A stretch of DNA of 63,963 bases, the filler included, from Collodictyon triciliatum (Eukaryota): assembly GCA_043381765.1 (NCBI GenBank). It is 5 parts of 5 records of this genome, joined end to end, with 100 filler letters (N's around TTAATTAATTAA, not from the genome) between each part and the next. Parts side by side here need not be neighbours in the genome. Positions count along the whole stretch, not along the records: positions 17,868 to 35,705 come from JBHJMP010001428.1; positions 35,806 to 53,523 come from JBHJMP010001429.1; 3 more parts are not named here. One strand, written 5' to 3'. Under the pieces are notes generated by a model, which saw only the letters and a list, made by a program, of their open reading frames with translations, made no database searches and was not told the DNA's origin. Shown here one piece after another: positions 26,064-43,437 of this stretch; the stretch's first letter is position 1, and every line of letters starts with the position of its first letter. A program made the position numbers and the translations under genes.

Positions 26064-26358
26064 TCTTTTCTTTTTCTTTTTTCTTCTTTCTTCTTTTTTT
26101 CCCTTTTTTCTCTCTTCTCTCTTCTCTCTTCTTTTTCTTTTTCTTTCTTTCTTCTTTCTTCTTTCTTCTTTCTTCTTTCTTCTTTCTTCTTTCTTCTTTC
26201 TTCTTTCTTCTTTCTTCTTTCTTCTTTCTTCTTTCTTCTTTCTTCTTTCTTCTTTCTTCTTTCTTCTTTCTTCTTTCTTCTTTCTTCTTTTTCTTTCTTT
26301 CTTCTTTTTCTTTCTTTCTTCTTTTTCTTTCTTTCTTCTTTCTTCTTTCTTCTTTCTT
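26064..26358. repeat. Polypyrimidine (TTCTTTC)n array in divergent intergenic region
   Basis: ~295 bp with only C and T on the + strand. Confidence 0.96.
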
Positions 26359-26963
26359 CCAGGCGGTTCTTGTGCGAGTCTTGTCAGGGTTAACACGGCG
26401 ATCAGCTTTGCGTCTGACGCTGGAATGGTGCAAAACATGTTTCTGTTGGGCCACTTGTTTCAAAAAAAAATAAGAGAGTGGAGCCACTAACACACCGATT
26501 GGGCTATCATTTTCTATCAGCCGAACCTTATGAATCTCTAACATTATATTTAGATACAAAAATATACATTCAATTCTTAGTATAGATGTAACACAGCCAA
26601 ACACAGTATTGTAGGAATTAGAAACATATAAACATAATTTCCAAAAATATATTAAATGAAAACGCGTTTTATTCGTCTACCTCTCTAATGTGGAAAATAC
26701 AAGTGGTGAGCCTTTGATCATTTTCTTTGCGAGGCTCTCCAGGTATTCCAACCTGAGCAACTGTTTGAAATGTGCGAAAGGATATGTCAGCGTAACGAAA
26801 GGAGCAGAGAGCACGGAGGAAAGAAAAGAAAATGAAAAGAAAAGCCTCTCTCTCTTTTTTTTCTTCTTCTTCTTTTCGTTACTTACTTTTCATTTACCCG
26901 TTTGTGTGTCTTTGATGGTGCAACTCGAAGATGCCGAAATCCTAATAAATATTTATAGCAAGG

Positions 26964-29900
26964 ATGTTTGAAAAGTCCCTGACCGACCTTGTCCGCGGAA
27001 TCCGAAATAACAAAGGGAATGAGGTCTTGCTCTTTTATTATTTGACATGATGCACTCTGGGTTACGATGTGTGTTTGCTCCTTTCTCTTTGGTTTCTTAA
27101 AAGGCCTCAGCTTTGGCTGGTATAAATTCCTGTATTGCGCAGGCCAAGTACATCAACCAATGCATCGCGGAGATCAAAGAGGAGCTCAAAAGCACAAACC
27201 CTGTCCTGAAGGCCCAGGCACTTCAGAAAATGTGTTACGTGAGTCATCTCTTCATTTCTTATGTATACTAAATTCAGGGCAAGCCTCTTTTTCTTTTTCT
27301 TTTTCTTTTTCTCTCTTGTTTCCCTTTTCGTTTATATTCACAGTTGTAATTATTATTATTTTTTTGCAAAGAAGCACATTTATTTATTTATCTATTTATT
27401 TATTTATTTACAGTTGAAGATGATTGGGTACGACATGACATTTGCACACTTTAATGCGATCGAGGTGATGTCTTCCACAAAGTTCTCTCAAAAGCGGATC
27501 GGGTTTGTAACCTGAATAATGGACAATATAATGTCTTAAGTTAATATATGTTTCTTCATGTCATTAGCAATCGCTACCAATAGATTAGGAAACTGTTTTC
27601 AATTTACAGAGTTGATCTCTCCGAACTAATTCAAGGTTTAACGTGTTCCTCACTTATGTCAATGCGATTCTTGTAGTTATATGGCAGGTTCTATCTGCTT
27701 CCAGCCCACCAGCGAATTCGTTATGCTTACTACAAACTTGTTCAAAAAGGTGCCTGAAAACTCAGTCCAAGTTTGTGATGTCTTGACACATATTTACATC
27801 TGTATTTTAATCTTGTAACCAGGAATTCCAAAGCCAAATGCCCTTTGAAATCGGCCTTGCCCTTACGGCTGTATCCAATTACTGTAACACTGACTTGGCC
27901 GTCGATATAGTCAGGTATTCTCTCTCTCACTCATTCTCTCCATCATCAGATATTGCATATATTTTTCTAAAGACCACAACTTACCGACTGGATACCCTCT
28001 TGAATAAAAAAATTACTTATACTTGCCTTTCAGCGATTTGGTTGGTCTGTTGAATCACACAAAACCTTACGTCCGCAAGAAAGCATGTTTAGCCCTGTAC
28101 AAAGTTTTTATCCAGGTATGTGTTATCTCACTTTTATCCGCCTTAAATCTACTTTATGCCCACATCAGAGGGTGCCTTACCACTTTTATGAAATCCCTAT
28201 TTATTCGTCTAGTATCCCGACTCTCTTCGCCCTGCATTCCCGCGCCTGCGTGAGAAACTGGAAGACTCTGACCCGCGTAAGATTATTATCCTGATTTCTT
28301 TTTTTTTTCTTCAATTGGGTTATTTTTTTTCCACTATCAATATAATTACAAAACAGCAAATCAGTCGGATATGATCAAAATTTCAAGAATCAGCATAGTT
28401 TTTCAGACCTTTATTCGCTCTTAACACAGAGGTGATTTCATGTGCGGTCAATGTCATCTGCGAACTTGCTCGCAAGAACCCAAAAAATTATCTTGCGCTT
28501 GCTCCTGTTTTCTTCAAGATACTAACAAGTAATTGCTTTAATTCGTATTTTTTTTAAAATAAATGATTCCTGGCAATTGTTTCGAAATACAAACTAACAT
28601 ATTGTAATAAAATCGAATTAGCTACAACGAATAACTGGATGCTGATTAAAGTCATCAAACTGGTTTGAATCTTTTACATGATTTTACGTTCATCCTTTGA
28701 TTTCCCTGTGTTTTGGGCATAAAAGTCACGCTTTTACAGCTTGGTGCACTTACTCCTCTTGAGCCCCGACTTGCCAAGAAGCTTGTCGAGCCCTTAACCA
28801 ATATCATGGTATTTTTTTTTCCAAATAGGATGAAAACACACATATTTTAAAGTATTCAATATCTTATGAAATGGGATGAAGTAGAGACAAAAAATAACAA
28901 TTTTTTTTTTATTAAAAACAGACAAATGCATTATTTCTCATCCAAAATATTCTATTAGAGCTCCACCTCTGCCATGTCACTACTCTATGAATGCATCAAC
29001 ACTTGTACGATTGGTCTTCATCAGGTATGCTCCTTCAAGCTACTCGCCAGATCTATAATTTAGGCTACCTTATAATTCATTTTTTATGACTAAATTTGAA
29101 TATAATATCATCACAGCATCTGGCCACAATTAAGCTTTGTGTTGAGAAGCTCCGCTTATTTGTCGAGGACCCCGACCAAAACTGTAGCGTCTAATCAATT
29201 TTTCGATTCTACAAATGTAGCCTTTTCTTTCTCTATTTTTTTTTTTTTAAAAAAAGCGTGGTCTTTGTCTGCGAAATCCGGGTTATAAAAATTAAAGAAA
29301 AAACGGACTCATCGTTATCTAAATCTTCATATTCAGTGAAATACCTCGGGTTGTTGGGAATGTCCAATGTGATGAAAGTGAGAATTATTTTCTTGCATTT
29401 TCCAACATATAATTACTGAAATTGATTTCTTTTGAATTTCAGCATCACCCTAAACTGATATCTGAGTACGCAACACACATTCTGCAATGCCTGGAGGATG
29501 AGGATATCACTATTCGCCTACGTGCTGTAGACTTGCTTATGGGAATGGCAAACAAGAAAAATATACAGGTTTCGCTTTAAATGTTTGATTAAATAGGTGA
29601 AAATAAATGATGTATGCCAACAGCGAAATGGACATTTTTACTTTATGCTAATTTTTTATATTATAAATAGGATATTGTATCTCGAATCATGCTTTTCATC
29701 GCACAAACGGATGAGCAATATAAGGACGACCTTATTTTCAAGGTCATCGAACTGTGTAGCTCGGAAAACTACCAGGTTATTATTCACTATTATATATGAA
29801 AAGCTGAAATACTATTCAAGAGGTACCACTCAAAACTAGGGGGTTTATCATAAAAACCTATCTGAATCACTTTCCTCCCCTTACAAACATAGCACATTTC

Positions 29901-32900
29901 CAGTTTCCAATGGTACCTTCAGCTTTTGGTTGATTTGACCACAATCACTTCTACGAAACATGGTTTCTTCATTTTTCCTCTTGACCATTTCATTTAGAAC
30001 ATCTATCCATACACTTTTACCCCTTGTTGTTTTCAGTCTTGCTTCTGTTTCGAGTGGTATATTCTTGATTTCATTTTTACTTTTCCAAAAAAAAAAAAAA
30101 AAAAGGCAACTTGATTGCTGATCAAATCATCGACGTAATCATCCGCGTGAAATCAATCCAGCCATATGGTGTCCAGCTTATGGTAACATGAACCACATAA
30201 ATGGGAGTCAAGCCGGAGTCCTATTGACATTCATTTTTTCCTTCACCAAGAATACACACAATTTAGATAAAACTGAATAACTTTCATTTTCTTTATAGAC
30301 CGTCCTTCTGACCGAAAATCGCTTCTTTGACAATCTGAAGGGAGACAAAGGGTTAGATAACTTTGAAACATTGTATTTTGCATCGCCAACCAAAACACCT
30401 GCTCATTCATATGCTACACAGAAATCTGAGAGATGTCTTGGTGTCTGCAGCCTGGGTTGTGGGCGAGTTCTCTCAGTTATTATTTAGTCAAGCAAATAAC
30501 ATACTCATATTAGTACCAATTACAAAAAAAATAATATAAAATTAGATGAGTCATCTTTCTTCATCACCTTTCCAGATTCATCGCAAATCCGATTGCCATA
30601 ATGGAAGCTCTTTTGCATCCACGCGTTATTCGCTTACCTGGTAAACAATTTTTTGAAACTTTAATATCACCAAGATGTAATTTGCTGCGTGCAAACTCAA
30701 TGTCTTTTTGTCTCGACCTTGATTATGATTTAAATATGGCTTTCTATTAATTTTGAAAATGCAGGTCACGTCCAAGCGGCGTATGTGATGGCTGCGTTGA
30801 AAATTGTGGTGAAACTTCCAGGCTCTTCCGCTGAGACCGTAATCATCAATATCAAATCCCGCATGCTTGATACATACTCAGTTATATGATAAAGTATTTT
30901 TTTCCTTTATTATATGATAAAGTATCTTAATTGGTGTTCCTCTATTTCTCATATCTGTCTTACGGCGCGTGCTAGTCCTTGATTGAGGACGACGAATCCT
31001 ATGCAAAACCATCTGAAGCGCCGGCAGGGTACACTAGAGAGGTTGAAATACATAGAATATATATGAATACTTTTTTCCATACTGAACAATCAACAGCTAC
31101 TAACTGAAGACGCCAAACTAGCTATTCTTGACCCTCGCTTCAATTCTTGACTTGAAAGTGTCCCTATTCACCCGCAGTATTCATGTTGAAGTTCAAGAAA
31201 GAGTAAGCCAACATAATTTAACATTTCGGAAAAAAAAAGCACCAATTAATACATATCCCTATTGTAACAGCATGATTCACTCATGAGTTGACTTGGGAGG
31301 CGATGTATACGAATTTATATTTCGACCTATTTTGACCATTTGAACACATGGGTTTAGGCATGCTTAATCAAGAAGATGTCGGAGTTACTGCTCAGCTCCA
31401 ATGGCGAAGACTACGCCCGCGAAATCGCTTTTGCCTACGGCGAAGAATTGAACCCAGTGGCTCCCAAAGCCCAATCAAAAGTAAGACAACTATCTTTATT
31501 AATTAGTGAATCCAGCGACAAACGCCCATTTTTCTTCAGATATTTCATGTTCCTTACTCATTCAAACAAGCCACAAGTACTTTTTGCTATCGGATGTATT
31601 AATGTATATTTTTTTCGTATTTATGAATAAAAGGTGCCAATCCCTGAGGGACTGGATCTGGACAAGTGCATCAATGAGGAGCCTGCAGACGATGAAGAAG
31701 ACGAAGGCGATTCGAAGAGTAAAGAGGATGAGACATTCATTATCCCGCCAACTCCGCGATCGGGCCCGCTTCCCACCCCGCGTGATTCGCAATCCACCCA
31801 AAGCAAAGTACTCAATTCATCTTTATACTAGCGCAGTTGTATACGCATACACAACTCTTCAATCACCCGTCCACATATTTTCTGTGCACTTTTTTTTTTG
31901 ACTTTCTTAAAGAACAAGATACATCGCGGGATATGTGAATAATATCGAATATTTTCTCAGCAATCTCGCGCAAACGACCCATTCTACATCAAATCGTCGC
32001 CCAGCGTTATGTCTGCTGCTGAGGACCAATTTAGGCGTATGGTTTTGGAAGAAGGAAGCGAAACTACTTCATGTACGGTTCAGATTACATAATATATAAA
32101 GTAGCGGTGAATACGTATCTTTTTTTTTTTTATTTAAATCGCTTCGGACTAATGATTATTGAGTACTTATATGTTTGAATATACGTCTGAATATACGTAT
32201 ACTTATTGGTTTTATCGATTCATTATTTTTTTAGCCCCACTTACTGCTCGTCATTCATCAATTACTGCTGCCACGCTCTCTCTTGGACTTCAGGAAACAG
32301 AAGAGAATGGAAAGAAGGGAAAGAAAGGAAAGAAGGGAAAGAAAGGTTCTATTTTCCATATAAACTAATACATTTTCTTTTTTTTCTCTCTTAAACTCTT
32401 CATTTCTCAAATGTTTCAGATTGAATGACATTGCCTCTATTCCATTCGCCTATTTTCACAATTTCGCTTTCTAATTAAATTATTTAATCCTTCGAAATCA
32501 TAACAGAAGTCATCGAAACAAGTGTTGTGTCGACAAACTTTGATATGCCTGAAGGGTTCACCGCTGTTGAAAAAGAAGATAAAACTGTATGTCTGCCGGA
32601 ATTGAAAGGATGAATAAAAATGAAACTGCTTTTTATTTATTTGTTTATTTCTTTGCCAAGATGAATTTAATACTTCCTATAATATTTTTCAATCCACTCT
32701 AGAGACCAACAAAGGTCTCTACAGACAGATTGGATGTCGACCTAACCACGCCACTTGGGGCTGACGAGGTACCTAAAAAAAATGACCCAATTTTTTTCAT
32801 GTCACTTTATTGCTTTCAAGTCATATTTATTTCTGATTCAACTTCCCAAAAAACAATATACTAATTTTTCTCAAATTAGGTTCTACCAACCGTCAAGGCG

Positions 32901-34362
32901 TACGGATTCCAAACGGCCGACTCTATGAAAAAGGTGCTTTTAAAAATGAAGCGGTTTATTTTGCACCAGTCCCACAAATACATGGTCATATAATATAATC
33001 GTGCAACGCTCAAAATAATCCATTGACCATTCCTTAACCAATTGTTACTACTATTGAAAAGAAATCTGCAAAGGCTGAATCCACAAAATCTGTAAGTGAT
33101 AAGGAGGAGAAAGTTAAGGGAAAGGACGAGGAAAAAAAGAAAGAGAAAAAAGGTGGTGAAAAAGAAAAGAAACCAAAAAAGGAAGAAAAGACAAAGCCTG
33201 CAACAAAGAGCGAATCAAAGCCGCCTGCTCCTAAAGTATCGAAAGTAAAGCTAATGTCCTTTCCTTCTAATATGCACAATTAAACCCGACTCTGGTCATT
33301 GTAAACCCACTTTGGATAAGTATGATTGATGACTGATAACTGATAATTGATAAAGGAGCCCGACCTTCTCGTTCCTTCTCTGCTTGTCGCTCCATCTCCG
33401 TATGCCGCCCAAAAGACACTAGCGCCAAAGCCAGTCGTCTCCGCAACCACAGACTGGGACAGCATTTTCGGGTCATCGCCTGCGCAGCCGGCGTCAAAGC
33501 CAAGGACTCGTGGAAATACTGCCGGAGGTTCGGATTCTTTTTTTTTTCTTCTCTCCTTTGCGTATCTAATTCTCTCAACGCCTGTTCATCGCGCAACATT
33601 CACTGACGTTGAACTTGGGACCGCTGAGAGCGGACGTGTATTGAGCGCTCATTACCCACCATTGTAGAGGACGATCTTCTTATGTCGTTGGACCCGTACT
33701 ATACAAAGAAGGCAGCAGCCCCGGCGAAGGCTTCTCCATCAGCCTCCGATGTAATTGATTAGTGATGTAAATCTGACGAGTTGACTTGAAACCCCTTTTG
33801 CTCGCATAACGCATGCATCACCTGAACCTTACAATTCATAAGGATTTGATGAGCATGTTTGGCCCGACCCCGCCGAAGTCCCAAGCACCTGCCGAAGCGT
33901 CTGCGCCAAAAGAAAAGAAGTCGAAGAAAAAGAGTGACCAGGTACCTTGCAGTGCATCCCGACTTCCCTCGGTGTTTATCTTCATTTATCTCCTCTGTAC
34001 TCGATTGTTGTGGTGGGGACTAACTACGTAATTTGCAGGATGAGCCGAAGAAGTCAAAGTCCAAGGATGAGAAGAAGGGCGATGGAAAGAAGAGCGCAAA
34101 GAAGTCTTCAGGTATTTGTTTTATTCGCTTATTGCATCCACAAGGTGCTTTACTATTCATTCATTCATTTATTCATTCAATTATTTTCTCCTTTTTTTTT
34201 CTTTTATTTTTCTTTAATCATGCCATTTGAAATGCATTTCGGATACTTCTACATCTTCATGAAGAGCATGACAAAATGAAACAACATTTACTAATTAACT
34301 CAACTGCGCGAAAAGCGGGAAGTGCTGCAGCCACGTCTGTCGATCTGCTTCTGGACCTTTAG
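26964..34362 (+). CDS. AP3D1: AP-3 adaptor complex subunit delta, ~35 introns
   Basis: MFEKSLTDLVRGIRN, FNAIEVMSSTKFSQKRIGY, LTTNLFKK, KPYVRKKA, CAVNVICELARKNPKNYL, NNWMLIKVIKL, LEPRLAKKL, AMSLLYECI, DPDQNLKYLGL, HVEVQERA, ELNPVAPKAQSKVPIPEGLDLD. Ends ...DLLLDL* at 34362. Confidence 0.96.
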
Positions 34363-34715
34363 AGTGCTGGGAGCGAGGAATACATCATCTACCAATATCG
34401 ATTTCTTTATTTACTTTTTCACTTTCTTCTTTAAATGGTGTTGGATGAAAAAGAAGGCGGAAACGCTCCAAGTGTCTCGCGAATGATTTGGTCCTTGGAT
34501 AACCAGCAAAAGAAAAGAAAGAAGACTTATTTCACGAATAAAGGAAACAAATAAAACAAGTAAAAAGCTTTTGGGTATAGAAACAATTATAAGAAAATGT
34601 CACAACTTGCTGGAGAATCGTCATGCACCTTTTATTACATTATTTAGCTATGAGCAGTTGAGCTCATATCATCAATGGAGCATACGATTTGCACATAATT
34701 TCAGTTGATTTTGTT

Positions 34716-35282
34716 TTATTCATTATGTGAGGCCCTTGCAGCCTTCATTCTCCAGGTAATTTCCTTTCGAATCACCACGAACCATCGATATTGTCCATGA
34801 TTTGGCAAATCACTTCGAACTGCACAAAAATGTGTTAATAATACTAATAATATATTTTTTTTTTAAAAAAAAACTACAACCACTCAGCGTCATATGAACA
34901 TCATATACAGGCTTTAAGTCGAGACATTCTTCTCAAAAGTATGTATGAACAAACATCGACATTAGCATAAACAAATACAACTGCGAAAGCAGAAACAGGA
35001 GCAAATAGGCTGTTTGATGAGCATGTGGTTCAGAATGTAATGAATGTGGGTAGGGACCTTTCAAAAATGGAGCGTAATATGTTGGTGAGACTCTCGGAGG
35101 TTTCTTCGCTCTGGCTTCGCTGACCGCCGCCCAACATAGCGTCATTCACTTCCTTCTTTGTTTGCGACCGTTGGTGGATATACGCATCGACCGTTCCGTT
35201 CGAGATGAGCTTCACAACCTGAATAAATAGATGGTGGTTATATGCTCCAGCCTTGAAGTATTGCTTCCACTTCAATATTTTT

Positions 35283-35344
<62 letters not shown>

Positions 35345-35426
35345 ATTCTGAATGAACACTAATTTATCTTACGTCCACGGTTTTCTGCTCAAGGCATTCT
35401 GCTGGGCGAATACAGCGGGCCTCGGC
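34716..35426 (-). CDS. 3' end of a SNF2-family helicase-like gene (truncated by contig end)
   Basis: Spliced AEARCIRPAECLEQKTVD|VVKLISNGTVDAYIHQRSQTKKEVNDAML resembles SNF2 motif VI (QAEDRxHRxGQ) plus the following VxKLIxxGTxE..K block. Frame of the last exon is uncertain. Confidence 0.55.
35283..35344. repeat. (ATC)n intronic microsatellite
   Basis: Direct reading. Confidence 0.96.
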
Positions 35427-35705
35427 CTTGCAGGGACATATCGAATGATTAATACATGGAATATTGCTCTATTGCCAGATTTTTTTTCTGCTTTTTGTTT
35501 TTGGCGCTTCTGTTTGAAACTTACGTAGACTTTTATTAAAAAAAAAAACAACCTTTTCAAGGTTGCAAAAATTAGACATGGAATTCGATATCATGAAGTT
35601 TCTTAGCATGAATTCATATGTTTTTTTTTTTTTTTTTTTTTTTTTTGAGTGGTTTGGGAATCTCCCTTTTGTCCTTTGGTTTTAAATTGAGGTGGTGGAA
35701 TTTCC

Positions 35706-35805
35706 NNNNNNNNNNNNNNNNNNNNNNNNNNNNNNNNNNNNNNNNNNNNTTAATTAATTAANNNNNNNNNNNNNNNNNNNNNNNNNNNNNNNNNNNNNNN
35801 NNNNN
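35706..35805. other. Artificial contig-joining spacer
   Basis: N44-TTAATTAATTAA-N44. Confidence 0.98.
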
Positions 35806-35949
35806 TTTTTCTTTTTTCTTTTTTCTTTTTTTTTTTTTCTTTTTTCTTTTTTCTTTTTTCTTTTTTCTTTTTTCTTTTCCCCTTTCTTTTTATGTTCCCA
35901 TTGTTTTGGAGTTGTAAATGCTGTGGTTATACTCGTTCATACCTGGCAG

Positions 35950-40002
<4,053 letters not shown>

Positions 40003-40264
40003 CAAACTAAAGATTACAAAGTACGCAAGGAACCGAATCAAAAAGAAATGACGTTTATTTCTTATGTATGGCCAGCCATCAAAAACTATGACCTATTCCT
40101 TAGAATTAACAAATGATTGCCTGTGCACCTTCCAGTTTTTGTCTCTTTCATGCCTTTTTCTTTCCCTTTTTCTAAGAGGCATTTTCCGATGTAGTGGGTG
40201 AACCAACGAAGCGCGGAGTATGTGGAGAGAAAGGGAAATCAGCCGTTTGTATTTGGCTCGGCAG

Positions 40265-41570
40265 CTAGCACCTGATGGGTTGTTTGGACCCAGCCAAAGT
40301 GCCAAGGGCATCTTCTGAAAATCGATGCTGTGTTTGTTGTCTGTCCGGCTGCGCGTTGCTGCTGCCTCGCCCTTCATCTTCCTTTTTCGCCCATTGTTTC
40401 ATCCTTGGACTCGAACCGTTTGTTGGCGTCTGTCTGGGGTCTTCAGCTCCACCATGCTATAAATAGAGAATCCAATCTGGAGAAATCTATATCTATTTTT
40501 GCTATTTCCTATTACAGCGGAGAAACGCCGTTACGTCGACCCCAAATGCATCATATTCCTCCCACATCAATACCTTTTCACTGAATGTTGGTCGCCCCTC
40601 TCCGATACAAAGCCGAAAATTTAAAAAAAATTGTGTGATTTAGAATCCTTTTGCCCGGAAGTGGAATGTGCCGATCCATGGCTTCAATGAAAATCCCTGC
40701 GAATGGAATTTTTTGCCTCATTCATTGAACATGTCCTCAAAAGGAGTATAGAGAACACTCATGCATCAGATTATTGAGTGATAGTTGTGATGGGGTGTGA
40801 TGATGGAGAAAAATTAATGAAATTTTGTATTCGTATTTCACATATAGTTTTTGATTCGCTTCCGGCCAAAAAATAAATTAAAAAAACCAAGCCAAAAAAA
40901 AAAGGGAATTCGAAAGGACTTTGTAAATGTCATGTTCAAGTAAAAAAAAAAAATTATCGAAAGAAAGCGAATATAAAGACAGAAAACAACATATAAGAAA
41001 CTTGGCCTGTTATTGGGTATATAAAAGAAAAAGTATTTGCAATTTCGTATTTATTTCCAACACACTCAATTCTTCTCCGCTCTCAGCCGGGCCACACCTG
41101 CGGGAGGAAAGGCTCTTCTCTTAAAGCAAGCGAGCAAGTGAAACAGGCAGAGAAGAACACATCGCCGTCCTGGTCGCTATTGGTGGCCTTGGCTGTCCGC
41201 AAAACTTTCACTTAATTAGAGAAGCCTTTTTTTTTCTCCTGGTTTATATCCCAGTTGTTTTGCCAATAGCAACAGTTGCACTTTGGATGCTTTCTTTCGT
41301 GGTATTTTTTTTTATTCTAAGAGTTGCAAAGAAGCCCATCCACACAATTGGGGAGGCAGCATGATGGAAAGAACAAAACAAAAAACAGCCCCCACTTCTT
41401 CTGTCCTCTGGATTGACCTTTAATCCTCAAACCCATCTGGTCGATACCAACGCCAGATTCTCTTTCGCTGTCTGTTCTTGATCTAGTACACCTTATTTAC
41501 GAGCCATCTTTGAACAGGAATCTTAACCCACGGAGGGGGAGTCTGAGCCCGGTCGAAAGCAACATCTGTT
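40265..41570 (-). CDS. Possible fragmented hypothetical gene
   Basis: AG-flanked open blocks, e.g. HGGAEDPRQTPTNGSS..SKQPIRC* and VKVLRTAKATNSDQDGDVFF..PQ|GT. Not joined convincingly. Confidence 0.25.
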
Positions 41571-42286
41571 TAGAGCTAATGGAAAATACTGGGTTTGGTT
41601 CTGCCTTGAATTGAAGCTACCTCGCTTATCACTTTTATAATGTGTACAATATTTTCACTGCCAACAAGCCATCGCCATCATTTGCTTCATTGAATGTCTT
41701 TTTTCTATTTGTTTGATCATTTATTTGCCTGCACTCATTTCTTCGATATTCTTACTCTTTTTTATTTTTGAGAGTTTTAAATCGCATGAATCAAATGAAT
41801 CGTGTCGGAATCGATGGGTGTGGCCATTAATTTCAGCTTGTTTTGTGGGATTCTCTTATTAGTATTTTTTGCCCATCAATCCAATCAGATCAATCAGAGC
41901 GATCGCCATCCCATCAGATGAGGTGTATATTTTTTTTTTCTCTTGTTCATCTCCGTATCGATTCAACCCTAAACTCTTCTTATTTGCGCCCGCTTATTTT
42001 TTTCTGGCACAAAACAACCATTGATCAATCGCTCCATCACTCGCCCATTTCTCTTCAGCTTCGTCGATGATATATTGTTCTTCCCCCGAATCCCATCTAG
42101 ACCATCATTCCCACAAAAGGCAATCCTTCAGCCCATCAGAACCAACACAACGAGATGAATCATATGATGTGTTATGGCAAAGAAGAGAGAAGGGGTGATG
42201 AAGAGGGAAAATGAGTGGGTCACCTTTGCTACTTTCCATCCCATTCTAGCCACTTTACCGAAATGATGAATGTAAGCTGAAGGATC

Positions 42287-42456
42287 TTTTGTTTTGTTTT
42301 GTTTTCTGTTTCTTTGTTTGTTTCTTTGTTTCTTTGTTTGTTTCTTTGTTTCTTTGTTTCTTTGTTTCTTTGTTTGTTTCTTTGTTTGTTTCTTTGTTTG
42401 TTTCTTTGTTTGTTTGTTTGTTTGTTTGTTTGTTTGTTTGTTTGTTTGTTTGTTTG
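42287..42456. repeat. (TTTG)n/(TTTC)n mixed microsatellite
   Basis: Direct reading. Confidence 0.95.
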
Positions 42457-43437
42457 TATGTGAGTCACAATGAGTCTAATCTTAGCCATCCATATAGTCT
42501 TCTTTTATCGCCTAACCCATAGCTTCTCTATGAGAGTATGGGGGAATGAAAAGGCTTATCGAGTGAATCGAAACATTTGTAGATTATGTTAATTCTCTTG
42601 ACCACTACCATCCTATTTGACTTGAAAACAAGAACTGATCTTAATATTGCTATACTGTGCCACCCCATCACACCGGTTTATAATCACCCTGATTTGATTG
42701 GCTATTTGATATGATTCATCCCATTCTCTTACACACCCGTTTTTTCCTTTCATTAACCTCCATCCGAACGTACAGAGGATATTTTCTCCACGCCCCTTAC
42801 AATACCCCATCCACTCAACTTGCTATCAGACTCTACAAAATCACTTCCCATCGGATTCACTCTCCACATATACTCCTCTGGGTTGATCCGGGTTGCACCC
42901 GTTTCGATCGCCTTACCGAATAGAACGGTTAGACTGTTGAATCACAAGTCCAATCCATTCTTCTAGTCCATACTTAAAAGATACAAATGTTGGATTAATC
43001 TAAACCTGTAATGTATGTCCCAACGAATCCACATTCCTTCGGCCACAACGTCTTTTATCGACCGCCAATGGCTATGTTGCCCCTGTTCGATCTTTATTGG
43101 CTCTTCTTTTTCTTGCTATCGATACTTCCATCTACAAGTCAATCTGCATCAATATAACCAACCCAACAGAGTCTCTGGGGAGGCACAACGATTGTTTTTT
43201 TTTTTTCGCAAAAGCTTCCTGTCGTAGAACAGTTCTGACAAAGACAAAGAATTATATATCAGTTCCAGAATACTCTAATCAGCACAATCATTCTTTTTTA
43301 CATATTAAAAACCATATATACTGTACTAGCGTTTCCCTGCTCTATATGGTGAATCGATTAACCTCTCCACTTCTGACCAAAAAAATTAAATACAACTTTT
43401 GCTGTTTCAAACAATCACCTCTTTTTCTCAAACGCAG

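Noticed and set aside
26964-34362. Alternative genetic code or stop read-through explaining the short ORFs
   Set aside because: The stops fall within GT-AG introns. Spliced genes are open and end in TAA, TAG or TGA.
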